This document shows, piece by piece, positions 38,201-51,093 of a stretch of 64,000 nucleotides of DNA. Position 1 is the first letter of the stretch, and every line of letters starts with the position of its first letter. The translations under genes and the position numbers were made by a program. Source of the stretch: Podarcis bocagei (lineage: Eukaryota). The stretch lies in NCBI GenBank assembly GCA_964188305.1, contig OZ076894.1; one strand, written 5' to 3'. The notes beneath the pieces are model-generated. The model did no database searches, was not told the DNA's origin, and worked only from the letters and a program-made list of their open reading frames with translations.

Positions 38201-41200
38201 GTCTCTTCAATTTTCTTCACTCTTGCTTTTGTTATCTGCATCTTGCACAAATACCATCTAATCCTTTACTTCAAGTCTGAAGTTGTGAAGGGTCTTTTTT
38301 TGGGGGGGGGGGCGGTTGGCATTTTCTCTTTTGGAGGAAGAGGTTAGATTGTGGAAATGGTAATTTCAAGAACAATCTGCTGTTTCTGTTTTGCAGGAGT
38401 TAAATATAAGTTCACTTAACCATATGAGATTTGTTTATCTCTCTGTTTTAAGTAAACAAATTTATTGAAATGGTTGTGTTCCAAAATATGCTACAGTTGC
38501 TTAATTATAAACACTTAAAGTGGTTACATTATATATCATAATGTATCTATTATGTAATAAATGAAAATAAAATGCAAATGATAGTTTTAACTTGTTTATT
38601 GAACTGCTGGGATTTCATATTGACTTCAGTTGATGGCATTTTACTCAACATCTTGTCCCTCAAGTAGCTGTGTTAATACATTGTGATCACATATCTGCAC
38701 TTCACTGACTATTTAAAAATGACATTCTGGACGTTTTGCTCAGTATCCTTGGTTAACAAAGTGTTAAAACCATTCTGTGATGTACTGAGCTAGGTAGTTG
38801 ATCTGGAAATGTTTCTTTGTACCGTCAAACCATTTTTTTTGGCAGATAAATTAAGCCTTCTCCATTTTGTAGAACAACCAGTAGTCATTATTTTCAGCTA
38901 CTTTGCCACCTTATTATTGTTAAGATCTCTACAGAGTCTTTTTCTTTGCCTAGAATAGTGGATTTTTGTGGGCTAAATGTTTAATGAGTCAACGCGTTAA
39001 AGGCTTCACTTTTCTTCCAATTAACCCCGGGACCACTCTGGCATTTTTGTAAATCCACAGAAGTATTTTGTGAGGCCTAAAGGGTAAGCTGCAGGCAGGC
39101 TGTAAAGAATGTAAAAAGACTAACCTGCTAACCAACACTATGCAGTTGGACAAAGAGAGTTTAATCCGTATTATGGTAAATGCAGGCTTAGTGTCCCAAA
39201 AGGGCTTTGCAAAGTGGAACGAAACAAAGAGGGCAGCGTCAATAAAAATCCAGTGCTTTTATTTTTATACACAAAATTGTTGCAAAAAACCCCACACCTG
39301 ATAATAGCATTAAGAAAAGTTTTGAATAGTGGTTTTAAATATGATACTAAACATTGTAATTGTCCACCAATTGAATGCTGTTTGTTGTACATAAAGAAGC
39401 CTGAAAGCAACAAAGTGCGCTCAGGTGGCTGAATATTCATGAGAATAGCCAGATGAGTACTTCAGTATAAATCTGAAAGGAATAGATCAGTTGTTAGAAG
39501 AAGGCGAAGGAAATAGCGTATAGAGTTATTTGTATGCCTGCATCTGGAAAGATATTTATAAAGGAATGAAAAATAAAATTACATGGAGCCATTGGGCAAT
39601 TTCACATCGGTTTCCAAAGGGCCTTAGCACTCTATGCTCACTCAGTGGTTCTTCAAGATTGTGTTCTTTAAATTATTATAATCAAATGTATTCTTCTCAG
39701 TACAATTGCATTTCCCCAGTTCTCAAACCTTAAATTACTATTCCCAAGTAAGTAAAATATTTCCACAATGTAGCACTCCCATTGCAATTGTGAGTGGTGT
39801 ATGGACTGAGGTTGTTTGAGTATGATGAGCACCTACTGGCTAGCGCTTATGCAAACCCCAGCCCCACCCATGCCTGTATCACATTGCATTTTCTTTGTAT
39901 TTTCCCCATCTCTCTCTCCTAGAGCCTGAGAAACCTAGAAGAACTGAGTCTTTTTAAGACCTAAAAAAAATTCCTGATAAATACCAGGAAGGTAACTTCT
40001 CCCTCACAGAACTGTTATTTTTAGTGCATTGTGTCTGTGTGGTGTGATTTTGCCCTGTGCACAACCAGAGCATGCATGGACTAGGCCCCCTTTAACAAGA
40101 CTATTCACATTCAAATAAATGACACAATAAATAGTACGGGTAACCCATATAGGGTTAGAGATGCATTAGTGACATTTTAAGTTACAAATAACTGCAGATT
40201 TTCTTTGCTCCTGGAAAGGTCCCATGAAGTCAGTCATAAATCAGTAAACAGTTTGCTGTGTTATAAGCTTCTGGAAATTGATGAAGATCACAAAAATGAT
40301 TGTGTGTGTGTGTGCGCGCGCGTGCGCACGCGCACACACACAAATATATATAAATATACAAACCTTTTTTATCTGCTCTGAAGAACTAATAAAGAGGGTT
40401 GAATCCAGAAGAAGTTAATAATGCTTTTATCAGGGGAACTTAAGTTAGTCATGAAGCAACTTATGCCGTAATTTCAGTTAAAATAAAATTGGACTAACTT
40501 CCTCTGCATCGAGTGAAGTGTTGTATTTTTCCTGTTGTATTTTTCGTGTTCTGAATTTGATCCCTGCATTGAAATCAGCAGTGGGGCAGGGAGGTGAATT
40601 AGCTTCAGCAGTTCCAGACTGGTGTAGTTGGTGGGCCTGATTCTGGGACCTATCTGTGGAATAAATAAGTTTTGAATATAGTGGTTCAAAGGCTGCCCTT
40701 CACATGCCCCTGGAATCTGTGGCACAGACCTTTTTGTAGGAATCCTCTGGTGGATTCCTCCTCTTTTCACCTCAGAGGAGTACTTCTACCACATCGGAGA
40801 CACCCTCCAGCCAGTGGGTCTAAAAGTTAGGAAAGCATTCTCACTCTTTGCTGGCTTAGCTCTGGCATCGGTGCTTTCATAGCCATTAACCACTATTTGT
40901 GAAACTCAGGACAAGGTAATAATTGTGTGGATTGACAAAAGTGGTGGTTTTTTAGGGGAAGAATGTTTATAATCAGCTGGTTCCCCGAGGCACCAGGTTT
41001 TGGCCAATTTTACGATATGTCACTTAAAAATCCCCGGTACCTATATATTTTGAAATAAATGAACTTAATATATTCATTAACTGTATAAATTAATGTCTGT
41101 CTGCTACCTCTTTTACCGTATTGCCACACATTTAATGAATAAGTATGCCACAAATCCTGCTGCAGGAAGCTGCACCCAGGGACCCACAAAAGGCTATTTT

Positions 41201-42278
41201 AGCAATACTTGAAGTTATCATTGAATTCCGTTTCAAAACAGGGAGGGAAGGCATACCACAGAAAGCCAGATTCCTGTAATTGCATTTATGCTCTTTCTGA
41301 AAATGTAGCATGGAAAGCAGACAATTGTGGTTGTTAGTCTCGCAAGAATCTCTTGTGTCTGCTACTGTTTCACAAAGAAATGCAAGAGAATGAGAAATGC
41401 TTGTAATAAGACGGAAGCAGAATAAACATAGAATCAGACTGTGGCATCTGCACTCATCATTGGAAGAAGAGTAGCATAGTTTTAACCACAAATAACATAC
41501 TGGTTTCTTTCAAATTGGTTGGAATGATTCAGATGAGAAAAATGAGAAGCACTCTGGATTTTTGACTGGCTATTTGCTGGAAATACGTTTATATGACCAT
41601 AATGCTCCTTGCACAGTTGTGTAAGGCATACAGTAGTTAAACTAGCTTTAAGAAGAGTGACAAAGCGGTTTCCTGTGGTTATTATTTGTGTGGAATAGCA
41701 AAGAGTCTTGTTGGAATTAGGTGTTGCCCTGAGACATTGAACAAATTCATGATGATATTCCCTAGACAGCCAGGCAGCCTGCTAGCAACGTGATACAGGA
41801 GTTCAATGTGTAAACAGTGATAACGGTGATACGTCATTTGTATAACAATTTGGCTGTTCATTGTGCTGGAAGCTACAGCTTGGAAAAAAAACACCTCTGT
41901 ATAATTAAGAGTGTATAATTAAGGATAATTTTTGATAGAGAAAGGTTGTGATGTGGTCTAAAATTTAGACCTGCCAAAAGTTTCTGGATGCCAGTATATA
42001 CTTGGAAATAACTGATTTGTATTGCACTTGTGTGTGTTAGGTGGAAAGAAATGTTTGTGTCTTTTTTAGAAACACATAAAATGGTAACATATTTGCATTG
42101 ACATTGGGGAGGAGTGGTACTCAAAGATCCTTTGTATGTGATGAGATCTGTGAGCTACAAGTGACATCCAGAGAGTATAAACCTTACAGGCAGTAAAATG
42201 GATGGATTCTTGTTCTGTGTGTCAGAGGCAGTTCCAGTTTGTCCTTTTACAGAGCAAACTATGGCAGTTCATCTAAAT

Positions 42279-42720
42279 CAGGCAATGTCCAAAGATCGTT
42301 TCAGGGGTCTAATCTGGCCCCTGTGGCAGTTTATTTCCTGGGGTAAAATCCTAAAACAGGGGTCAGCAAACTTTTTCAGCAGGGGGCCGGTCCACTGTCC
42401 CTCAGACATTGTGGGGGGCTGGACTATATTCGGGGGGGGGGGGAATGAACAAATTCCTATGCCCCACAAACAACCCAGAGATGCATTTTAAATAAAAGGA
42501 CACATTCTACTCATGTAAAAACACACTGATTCCCAGATTGTCCGCGGGCTGGATTGAGAAGGTGATTGGGCCGGATTTGGCCCCCAGGCCTTAGTTTGCC
42601 TACCTCAACCACTTCAATCCTAAAAAAAGGTCAACAACTTTGGTTGGCCCTTTGGTTGGCCCTCATGGCCCTTCACTTCATCAAATCTGGCCCTCTTTGA
42701 AAAAAGTTTGGACACCACTG
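42279..42720. mobile_element. hAT MITE (outer element of a nest)
   Basis: Perfect 8-bp TSD atctaaat (42271-42278, 42721-42728). TIRs cag...tgtccaaa / tttggacaccactg. Confidence 0.8.
42357..42617. mobile_element. hAT MITE (inner), same family as 51805-52055 in opposite orientation
   Basis: Starts caggggtcagcaaac. Flanked by tcctaaaa (42349-42356, 42618-42625). Reverse-complement similarity to 51805-52055. Confidence 0.82.
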
Positions 42721-43959
42721 ATCTAAATGAAGTTTTAAAAATCTCATTCTCTATAAAAAAAAACACACCCCACAAAAACTCTAACATTCTGAATGTTACA
42801 AGTCACTGTGCTGAAGAATAGGGTCCAAAAGTAAATCATGAATCGTACACAAGATGTCTGACAGACAGAATGTCGACAGGTGAAGCTTTCCCCATAATTG
42901 CATTTCCATAATAGAAAACGCTACCCTGTTTAAAGATAAAAGGCATCACTCTTTTTGTTCCTGTACATATATATTATACAGGAGCAAGCTGCTGCTGTTG
43001 AAAGACAGCACATCTCTTCAGCAGGGAAGATACAGGAAATGCTTCACAATTTCTTTCTTTTGATTCCTTAGCAATGGTGAATATGTGAATAAGCATCATG
43101 AGCAGCAGCAGCACCTCCATAGCTGCCTAATAAGCCTCAGAACATTTCCTTCACTTTTGCTTTCTAACTTTCTTTATAGATGTCTGATTAACTTACTTTA
43201 AAAAAAAAATGAAAGCTAAGAAGTCAGATCCTCCTGGTAGGAGGTGCAAAGATTAACTAGAAATCATTCAGAATTCTACTCCAAAAGGAGCTTAATTCAC
43301 CTTTTGTTCACTGCACTGAACAATTACGGAACTACTTCAGGTACATTTCAAATATTTTTGAACTAGTGCAGTTGAACTAATTCATTCCAAGCACTAGTTA
43401 GATGACAACTAAAACAATTATGACCACGTTCTTGTTTCCTTGCAGTATTTCAAATGACTTTTTCATTGCAAATTTTGTATTTGAGAAGACATACGATTAA
43501 GTAAGCATTTGGTTCATCAGGAAAACAGTCAAAGTATTGAGTACAGCTTATTTAATTACTTAGTGTTAGTCACCTGATAGACACAGATATATTGGTTCAT
43601 AGGGGCAAATCCATAGGAGGAGTCTATAGCACACCAGATAATTTGATGGCATTCCTTGAAGCATCTGGCAGCAATTTGCTAAACGTCTGTGACATAATTA
43701 TAAAAGTTCAGTGGAGTGACAGATGTCGCATCCAGATCGCCCTCACATATAAAAGTTGAAATTGGCTTCTAAACATCTGAGTGTCTGACAAAAATGGCAA
43801 ATATAAGAGAAGGTGTATATTTTTGATAGAAAGGGAATGTATGCAGGAATGTAACCAGCTATCAGGTTTTCTGAAGAAGGGAAACAAATAGGCAATGGCC
43901 TTAATAGCAGGGATTTGACAAAATAATGGTTAGAGGAAAGAATACTGTTCCCAAAGATA

Positions 43960-44300
43960 TTTCACTTCACCAGTTGCTGGAAAGAGCAGGAGGGGCAAGT
44001 TCTCTTGGTCTCAGGTCCTCCTTGTGGGTTTTCCATAGGCATCTGGTTGGCCACTCTAAGAAAAGGATGTTGGACTAGATGGGTCATTGGCAGTGGCGTA
44101 GCGTGGGGGGTGCAGGGGGGGCCGGCCGCACCGGGTGCAACATCTGGGGGTTAGGGTTAGGGGGCGCAAATCCATGGGTTAGGGGGCGCAAATCCACGGG
44201 TTAGGGGGCGCAAATTACTTGCCTTGCCCCGGGTGCAGACAACCCACGCTACGCCACTGGTCATTGGCCTGATCCAGCAGGCTCTTCTTATGTTCTTATG
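43960..44300 (+). mobile_element. CR1 LINE 3' end fragment (interrupted by MITE)
   Basis: Typical squamate CR1 3' UTR ggcatctggttggccac...ggactagatgg..ttggcctgatccagcaggctctt, followed by a (ttcttatg)n tail. Confidence 0.75.
44091..44259. mobile_element. Young hAT-type MITE with internal TTAGGG-containing 22-bp tandem repeats
   Basis: Perfect 17-bp TIRs CAGTGGCGTAGCGTGGG / CCCACGCTACGCCACTG and perfect 8-bp TSD gtcattgg (44083-44090, 44260-44267). Confidence 0.9.
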
Positions 44301-44450
44301 ACCACCCTTTCTGCTTAATACTCATCCATGTTTCCTCTAGTTGAACTTGGCCATCATGAATAGATTACATGAACATGCCTTAAGTCATCTGGCATGAACA
44401 CAAGCTGCTGGTGCAACAGTGATGTCCTGTATGGCCAGCCCTGCTATTAA

Positions 44451-44686
44451 GAGAAGAAGAAGAGTTTGGATTTGATATCCCGCTTTATCACTACCCAAAG
44501 GAGTCTCAAAGCGGCTAACATTCTCCTTTCCCTTCCTTCCCCACAACAAACACTGTGAGGTGAGTGAGGCTGAGAGACTTCAGAGCCCAAGGTCACCCAG
44601 CAGCTGCCTGTGGAGGAGCGGAGACGTGAACCCGGTTCCCCAGATTACAAGACTAACGCTCTTAACCACTACACCACACTGGCTCT
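44451..44686 (-). mobile_element. Squam3 SINE (lacertid-type, CTT tail)
   Basis: The - strand reads AGAGCCAGTGTGGTGTAGTGGTTAAGAGCG (tRNA A-box) ... GGGTTCAC (B-box) ... GGGATATCAAATCCAAACTCTTCTTCT. Short TSD tatta. Confidence 0.85.
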
Positions 44687-45035
44687 TATTAGGCAGAACA
44701 AGGTTACCACTTCAGTGGAGCTGGGGGAGACCCCTATCTGAAATCCTGGAGAGCTGCTGCTGGTCAGTATTGATAGTGCTGAACTAGTTGGACTTGCTAT
44801 AAGGTAGCTTCCTATGTACTTGTGACAAACAGCCATGAGTCAGGCTACCCTAATAAAGGAAAAAAGGGAACTCTACCCCTTCTCTTGAAAGTGTCCACAT
44901 TTTGTGGGGCCCTACAACTTCAGGAGGCTGTAAGAGGTTGGCCTCAGAGGTCAAGTGAGCCCCACAGCCACAAAGGCAGGTCTCGGGACTATACCGTTCA
45001 TCTTTAAAGGTTCCTAAGAGTATTCACCAAACCTT

Positions 45036-45386
45036 AAAGGTAAAGGGACCCCTGACCATTAGGTCCAGTTGTGGCTGACTCTGGGGTTACGGCGCTCATC
45101 TCGCTTTATTGGCCAAGGGAGCTGGTGTACAGCTTCCTGGTCATGTGGCCAGCATGACTAAGCCGCTTCTGGCAAAGCAGAGCAGCGCACAGAAACGCCT
45201 TTTACCTTCCCACTGGAGCGGTACCTATTTATCTACTTGCACTTTGACGTGCTTTCTAACATCTAGGTTGGCAGGAGCAGGGACCGAGCAACGGGAGCTC
45301 ACCTTGTTGCGGGGATTCAAACCGCTGACCTTCTGATCGGCAAGTCCTAGGCTCGGTGGTTTAACCCACAGCACCACCCGCGTCCT
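45036..45386 (-). mobile_element. Squam1/Sauria SINE, full length
   Basis: The - strand reads GGACGCGGGTGGTGCTGTGGGTTAAACC...GGTTTGAATCCCC...GGGGTCCCTTTACCTTT. Flanked by aacctta on both sides. Confidence 0.9.
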
Positions 45387-45800
45387 CTCAACCTTAACTG
45401 CCTGTAAATTCCCACAGTTACCTGACATAGCATTGACCAGTATGACCGAAGTAGCCTATTTAACAGCTGCAACCAACTATAGATCCCTGCTGATATATCA
45501 GTGCAGAGTAGGTGAAAAAAACCCCAGTCAACTTGGTCAATTTGCTAACAAGCAAATTTTTTTACTCTGCGCAGGCAGCACACTGCCTGTTCTGAGTATA
45601 GATAGGGTGGAGATGCTTCGTCTCCCTTCCCTGAATGGCCACAAATGGACAGTAGTGGAATTCTGTTGCCAGCATTGAAGTAAGATCCAGCTGCCAGTTT
45701 CTGCCCAGGGAATGGTGTGTGCGCACATCATGCTGTCCTTCCCCTCTCACCATAGGTTGGCCCTGATGCACTTGCACATACTGTACTTTTCTACTAGTTA

Positions 45801-46178
45801 GGGATACGGGTGGTGCTGTGGTCTAAACAAGCAAGCCTCTTAGGCTTGCTGGTCCTAAGGTCGGCAGTTCGAATCCAAGTGGTGGTGGGAGCTCCTGTTG
45901 CTTTGTCCCAGCTCCTGCCAACCTAGCAGTCCGAAGGCATACCAGTACAAGCAAATAGGTACTGCTGCGGCGGGGAGGTAAACGGCGTTTCTGTGCACTC
46001 TGGCTTCCATCCCAGTGTCCTGTTGTGCCAGAAGCAGTTTTGTTGTGCTGGCCACAGGACCCAGAAAAGCTGTCTGCAGACAAACGCTGGCTCCCTTGGC
46101 CTGAAAGTGGAGATGTGTGCCGCACCCCATAGTTGAATACGACTGAACTTGCAGGGGTCCTTTACCTTTACCTTACCT
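45801..46178 (+). mobile_element. Squam1/Sauria SINE, full length (different subfamily)
   Basis: gggatacgggtggtgctgtggtctaaac...gttcgaatcc...ggggtcc followed by (tttacc)n. 12-bp TSD tacttttctact (45784-45795, 46179-46190). Confidence 0.88.
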
Positions 46179-47837
46179 TACTTTTCTACTCTGTGGTGTT
46201 TCTATCTGAAACAAAATTGACCAGGATTTTTCTTCAGAACAAGTAATGATTTCTTTGTAATGCATATTGGTAATGGGCACTCTTTTCTCTTGTTTTGTTC
46301 TGGTAGTTACATCTTTCAGTTCAATAACAATTAGGAAACAACCTAAGAGACTTCTAGTTTTCAACTTACAAGAAAAGATAAATCTGCTGTTGGGTTTTGA
46401 TGAAAGTGACAGCATTGTAGCTTTCTTGAAATACTCCTTGCCTTATACGAAATTACATTGATTGGTTCATAAAAGAATAAGCCTTGTTTCTTTCTTTTTT
46501 GGAAATTCCTGTGAAAATTCATAGCAAGGGAGACTCCCCCCCCTTTTTTCCACCATACTAAAAGCTGCTTAATTATGAAAATGACCTTGAAGGAAAGAAA
46601 ACAAACATTGCTGAAAACATTTTTACTTGTATTGCCAGAACAGCTGAACTGAAAAAGTTGGATCTTGCTGTATACGTTGTAAATACTATCATTTAATGTT
46701 AATGAGATGTGCGAGAGAATGCTTTTGTCATAGTTTCATCAAACTGATTTTGTCAGCAGTGGTGCAGAACCCTTGACACATCACTTTGAGTGCTCATTAG
46801 GCAGCCGATTCCGTTGAATTTTCATTAAATTGATGAACTCATTTATCTATGGGCAGTGACATCTTATGTTATGTAGATATATGTTTTGATATGAGAATGC
46901 TTGTTTGCTTATTATTTCTTTCTTTTGTGTTCCTGCAATATGTTGTCATATTAGAGTTATTCCCAGCAACACATGTATGGTTGAAGCATAAAATCAGCCA
47001 AAAAACTAACCAGCACTTCAAAATATCTGTTGGATGGTTCTCCATTTCCCCTTTGTTCTTTATCTGTCATGTTTAATTTTTAAAAGTCAGAATGTCTCAA
47101 ATGATGTGAATAGCTTTTTCATGCTAAAAATAGTTCAGGTTAGGTAAAGATTTTGAACACTTAAAAAAAAAAGTTGGGGGAGTTAAATAAGAGAACTGTA
47201 AACTTCCACTCCTCAATTATCCTATACCTTTCTAAAAAAGTATAGTGGTGCTTGGAATAATAATGTATCTTTCAGATATTGGCTAGGTTTAGACAAGCGT
47301 ATCTTAGTTTAATAATCTGAGGTATGAACAACCTTTTGCTCCACATGTACAGGCACTTCATACAAGCCTCAATTAAACCAGGAATTCTCTAATCATAGTT
47401 TCCCTTTTCACCTAAACCAGAAAACTAGGTTCAGAAGAAACCAAGACCTTAAACCAACTTCAGATAATAGTTTAAGATCCTGGATTATTCTAAAGTGTGT
47501 TACCACTTTCCTGGTTCAGATAAAATGGGTAAAGATGGTTGGTTAAAATTGTCTTGGTTTAAACATAGATTCATGAAAGGAGGAGTCAAGGGGCAGAACC
47601 CAACATTTGATCGTCTGAACATAGACTCTGTGAACATTTCTTCTGAGTGTACCGGTCATCAATCAAGACAGTTGGATTAAATATTTCTGTTTCATAGATT
47701 TAAGGATTTAGGCAGTGCAAGCATTTCCCCCCCACAGGGCGCAGGATCCAAAGGGGCATCTTCCTGCCTCCTTCCTAAAGCCTAGTAAGCACTGGGCTTT
47801 GGGAAGGAGGTGTCAGGGCTCTGACAGGGTCCTAGAG

Positions 47838-47973
47838 CAGGCATAGGCAAACTTTGCCCTCCAGATGTTTTGGGACTACAACTCCCATCATCCCTAGCTA
47901 ACAGGACCAGTGGTCAGGGATGATGGGAATTGTAGTCCCAAAACATCTGGAGGGCTGAGTTTGCCTATGCCTG
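47838..47973. mobile_element. Near-perfect palindromic hAT MITE (136 bp)
   Basis: TIR caggcataggcaaact / agtttgcctatgcctg, with arms complementary for ~57 bp. Perfect TSD tcctagag (47830-47837, 47974-47981). Confidence 0.92.
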
Positions 47974-49819
47974 TCCTAGAGTCCTATTGTCTCTTTCCCA
48001 AAGCCAAGCTAGTGCTTTCACAGCTTTGGGGAGGAGGTGGGAGGGGTCTAGGACCTTGCCAGAGCCTCACACCTTCTTCACAAAATCTGGTGCCTCCCTT
48101 ACCCAGCACTGCAAAGGCTGGGATGGGCATCAAAGTTTGACATCACACAGAGCATCTTATTACCAAGGTTCGCTGCTAGGTTTAAAGTGGTGGCAGCTGG
48201 TGGAATGAGAAAGTACTAGGTCCAAAGTACTAGGGCCAGAGTTCTTGATAAAGATGGAGAAGCCTTTGGTATGGTCCACTTAGGCCTCCACAGTACATCC
48301 CATGGGAGCAACTTATTCAGAGGTGAGACCACCACTGAAAATATTTTCTCTTGCACATCACCTTTCCATATTACTTTACACAACGGTTTTCACCCTTCAG
48401 ATACTCTTTCCCCTTCAGAATTTATCATTTTTAGTAGCTCTTTTCACACACATACCCAAACAACGCCTTGCTTTTTAAGTCCATGGAATAACCAGGTTAC
48501 TAAAGAGTAAATGGGTATATTATTCAGCAGCCTGATAACTAGAGCAATGTATGATAGTCACAGGGACGTCTTGGACAGTAAGTAATATGAGAACAAGGTT
48601 GTTACAGGTGTGTTCCTCTTTTGTATGATTTGTCAGGTTCCTTGCTGTAAGTTATGGTAATGACATTCGTTGAGAGGAGATCTCAGTGACTGTCTGCTCT
48701 GCATTTGTGAGGGAAGTAATATATCAGGTGGTGGGAAGAAAAAGAGCTAATCACTAGGTGTCTGATCTATATTCAAGTTGGGATTTGCTGGAAATGATCC
48801 CCACAATTTAACAATAACAATAAAAAGAGAGAAACTAGGCCTAGCTCTCTGCTAATATGACACTGTAAATTGGTGATTAGTGCCTTTAAATGGTGAACTC
48901 TAATATCCCCTTGGCTTCACTATCTCCAAGTCTTCTGACAGGTATAGACTTGCTTTCTAATAGGGTTTGCATCTGAAGATAAGCTTGCATGTAAACAAAT
49001 TAACTTCTTGAGAGCATTTTCACCTGTGACCATTCATGAAATATTAAAAATAAAATAAAATGGATCATTTTGTAAAACTCTGTTTTGGGAGATAAGTCTT
49101 TCGCATTACATTTCAATAAAATGAGGTAAGGTTTAGTATCTGAGATAAAAGAACAGCTGGATATATTTAATAAACAAACTGAGAAATACTTAATTTTAGT
49201 TTTAGCAATACAGAACAAATTCCCTGTAAAACAAATTGCACTTTTCGAATATACTTTAATGTGCATTCAACAAAGGAGAAAATGGGGTGATTGAAGTTCA
49301 ATTTGTACCATGTTATTAACCATTTCCGCTTGACTAGATGAGTAAAAGGATAATGGATGAGGGTTTTATTATTTCCTTTCTGCTAAAATGAAGTGGTATA
49401 GAAGATAAGGTAATGAGATTAATGAATATAAGGTAAAGCAGTAATCAATCAAACTCAAGGAGGGAGAAGAGATGACAGTACACAGAAGCTGCAACAAAAT
49501 AATTTTTTTATAAGTAGACCCCATCAACACGAGCAGAACTTTCAAAGCTGTCATTTGTTGTCATTAGCTGCTTAACCAGCTGTACACTGGATTCCTTAAT
49601 AATAAAAAAATCCAAATACATAACTAAGTAACTAAATCCAAATACATTCTGGAATTGTTTACTGCAGGTTATGCTTGTTTTTCTATTTTATTTTTTGGAA
49701 ATAATAAACTATAATCAGCTTTGAAGTACATTAGAGTTACAACAAAAAATTTAAAAACATTTTCTTATAAGCAGTTCAGAATGGGAAATACTACGACATC
49801 TGGTTTTTATCCATAACAC

Positions 49820-49945
49820 CAGGGCTTTTTTTCATCTGGAACTCACCGGAACTGAGTTCGGGCACCTCTCTGGTGGGCGCCATTGCCTTTATAAGAGAAC
49901 AAGGGAGGTGTTCATGGTGAGTTCTGGCACCTCTTTTTCTAGAAA
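49820..49945. mobile_element. Short non-autonomous DNA element, same family as 60455-60589 (3'-truncated, followed by Squam3-like fragment to ~50020)
   Basis: High similarity to 60455-60589 (gccattgcc...aagagaa..gggaggtgttcatggtgagttc.ggcacctcttt). Confidence 0.7.
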
Positions 49946-50159
49946 GAGGTATCACAACCCTGTGAAGTTGGACTAGGCTGAGAGATAGCAACTTAATCAA
50001 GACTGCCCAGTGAGCTTCATTGACTTCACTAGAATCGGGCAGTTCTAAGTTGTATTCAGCACGCCAAATATTTATAACAAAAGCTTTTATGCTGTAGCCA
50101 TGGAACATTTTATATAATTCTGGTCACTCCATGTCTAAAAGGGTATCCTGAAGGGGAAA

Positions 50160-50560
50160 TGTGATAGAAGTTTATAAAAATTATGAATGGTATAGAGAAA
50201 GTGGATAGAGATCACCCCTTTCTTTTGCTAAAGTGTTAGTAGACCCACTGAAATTAGTTAGCAATAGATTCAGAACAGCAAAAGGAAACACTGATTTATG
50301 CAACAAATGATTAAATTATGAATATGGAATTCATTGCATTAGGGTAATGATGAATGGCTATTTGCTTAAATAACTTTATTAAATAGTGAGACAAATTTAT
50401 GGAGGATAAATGTTCCAAAGGCATGGAACTTCCAAGTTTAAAGGCAACTGCTCCAAATTCCACCTGTGAAAGGGCAAAAAAGGGAGAAGGACTGGTGATT
50501 CAATTTCCTACTTGCAGGTTCCCTAGTGTATCTTGCTAGTCACCGTTTGAAATGTTGGAG
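50160..50560 (+). mobile_element. Degraded CR1 LINE 3' fragment
   Basis: gatagaagtttataaaa.ttatgaatggtatagagaaagtggatagaga...tggaattcattgc...gacaaatttatggaggataa resembles the CR1 ORF2 C-terminus. Confidence 0.6.
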
Positions 50561-51093
50561 AAGAGACAACCATGTGTATAATTGAATCTCTGTATTGCCT
50601 ACTGAAGGTGTAATTAGTCTGCTCCAACACCAGGTGGAATTGTAATGTTTCTTAGTTTACTAAAGCTTACTTGCTTCTCTTTCCCTCTCTGATGAAAGAA
50701 ACTTTTTGGATAACTCCCTGTTTCTGTTTTTCTGCTGACATCAGACTATACAATGCTACTTTCAGTCTGCGGTTGCAGCAAAGGATTTCCATGCAGTACT
50801 TCCACTGTGTCTGAGGCTGACTGATTTTCTCAGTAAGATTCTTGTACCTTGCTGCCGGGAAACAGAATATTAGTATAGTTGCTTTGATTCAGGAGGCCAC
50901 TTGTTATAATGTCATGTCAGGAATTGCTTCTGGCCCCTGTTTGGTTCCACCTGTGCTTGGAGGCTTGTCATGGCAATTTAACACAGCTATGTCCTAAGAA
51001 GAGCCTTGCTGAAACAGGCCAAAGGCCCACCTAGTATAGTATTCTATGCTCAGCAGTGTCAGGCAGGACCTGAATCCAACAGTACCCTTCTCC

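Noticed and set aside
45109-45336. Similar peptides from ORFs at 45109, 45823 and 61521
   Set aside because: These are translations of Squam1 SINE copies, not a gene family.
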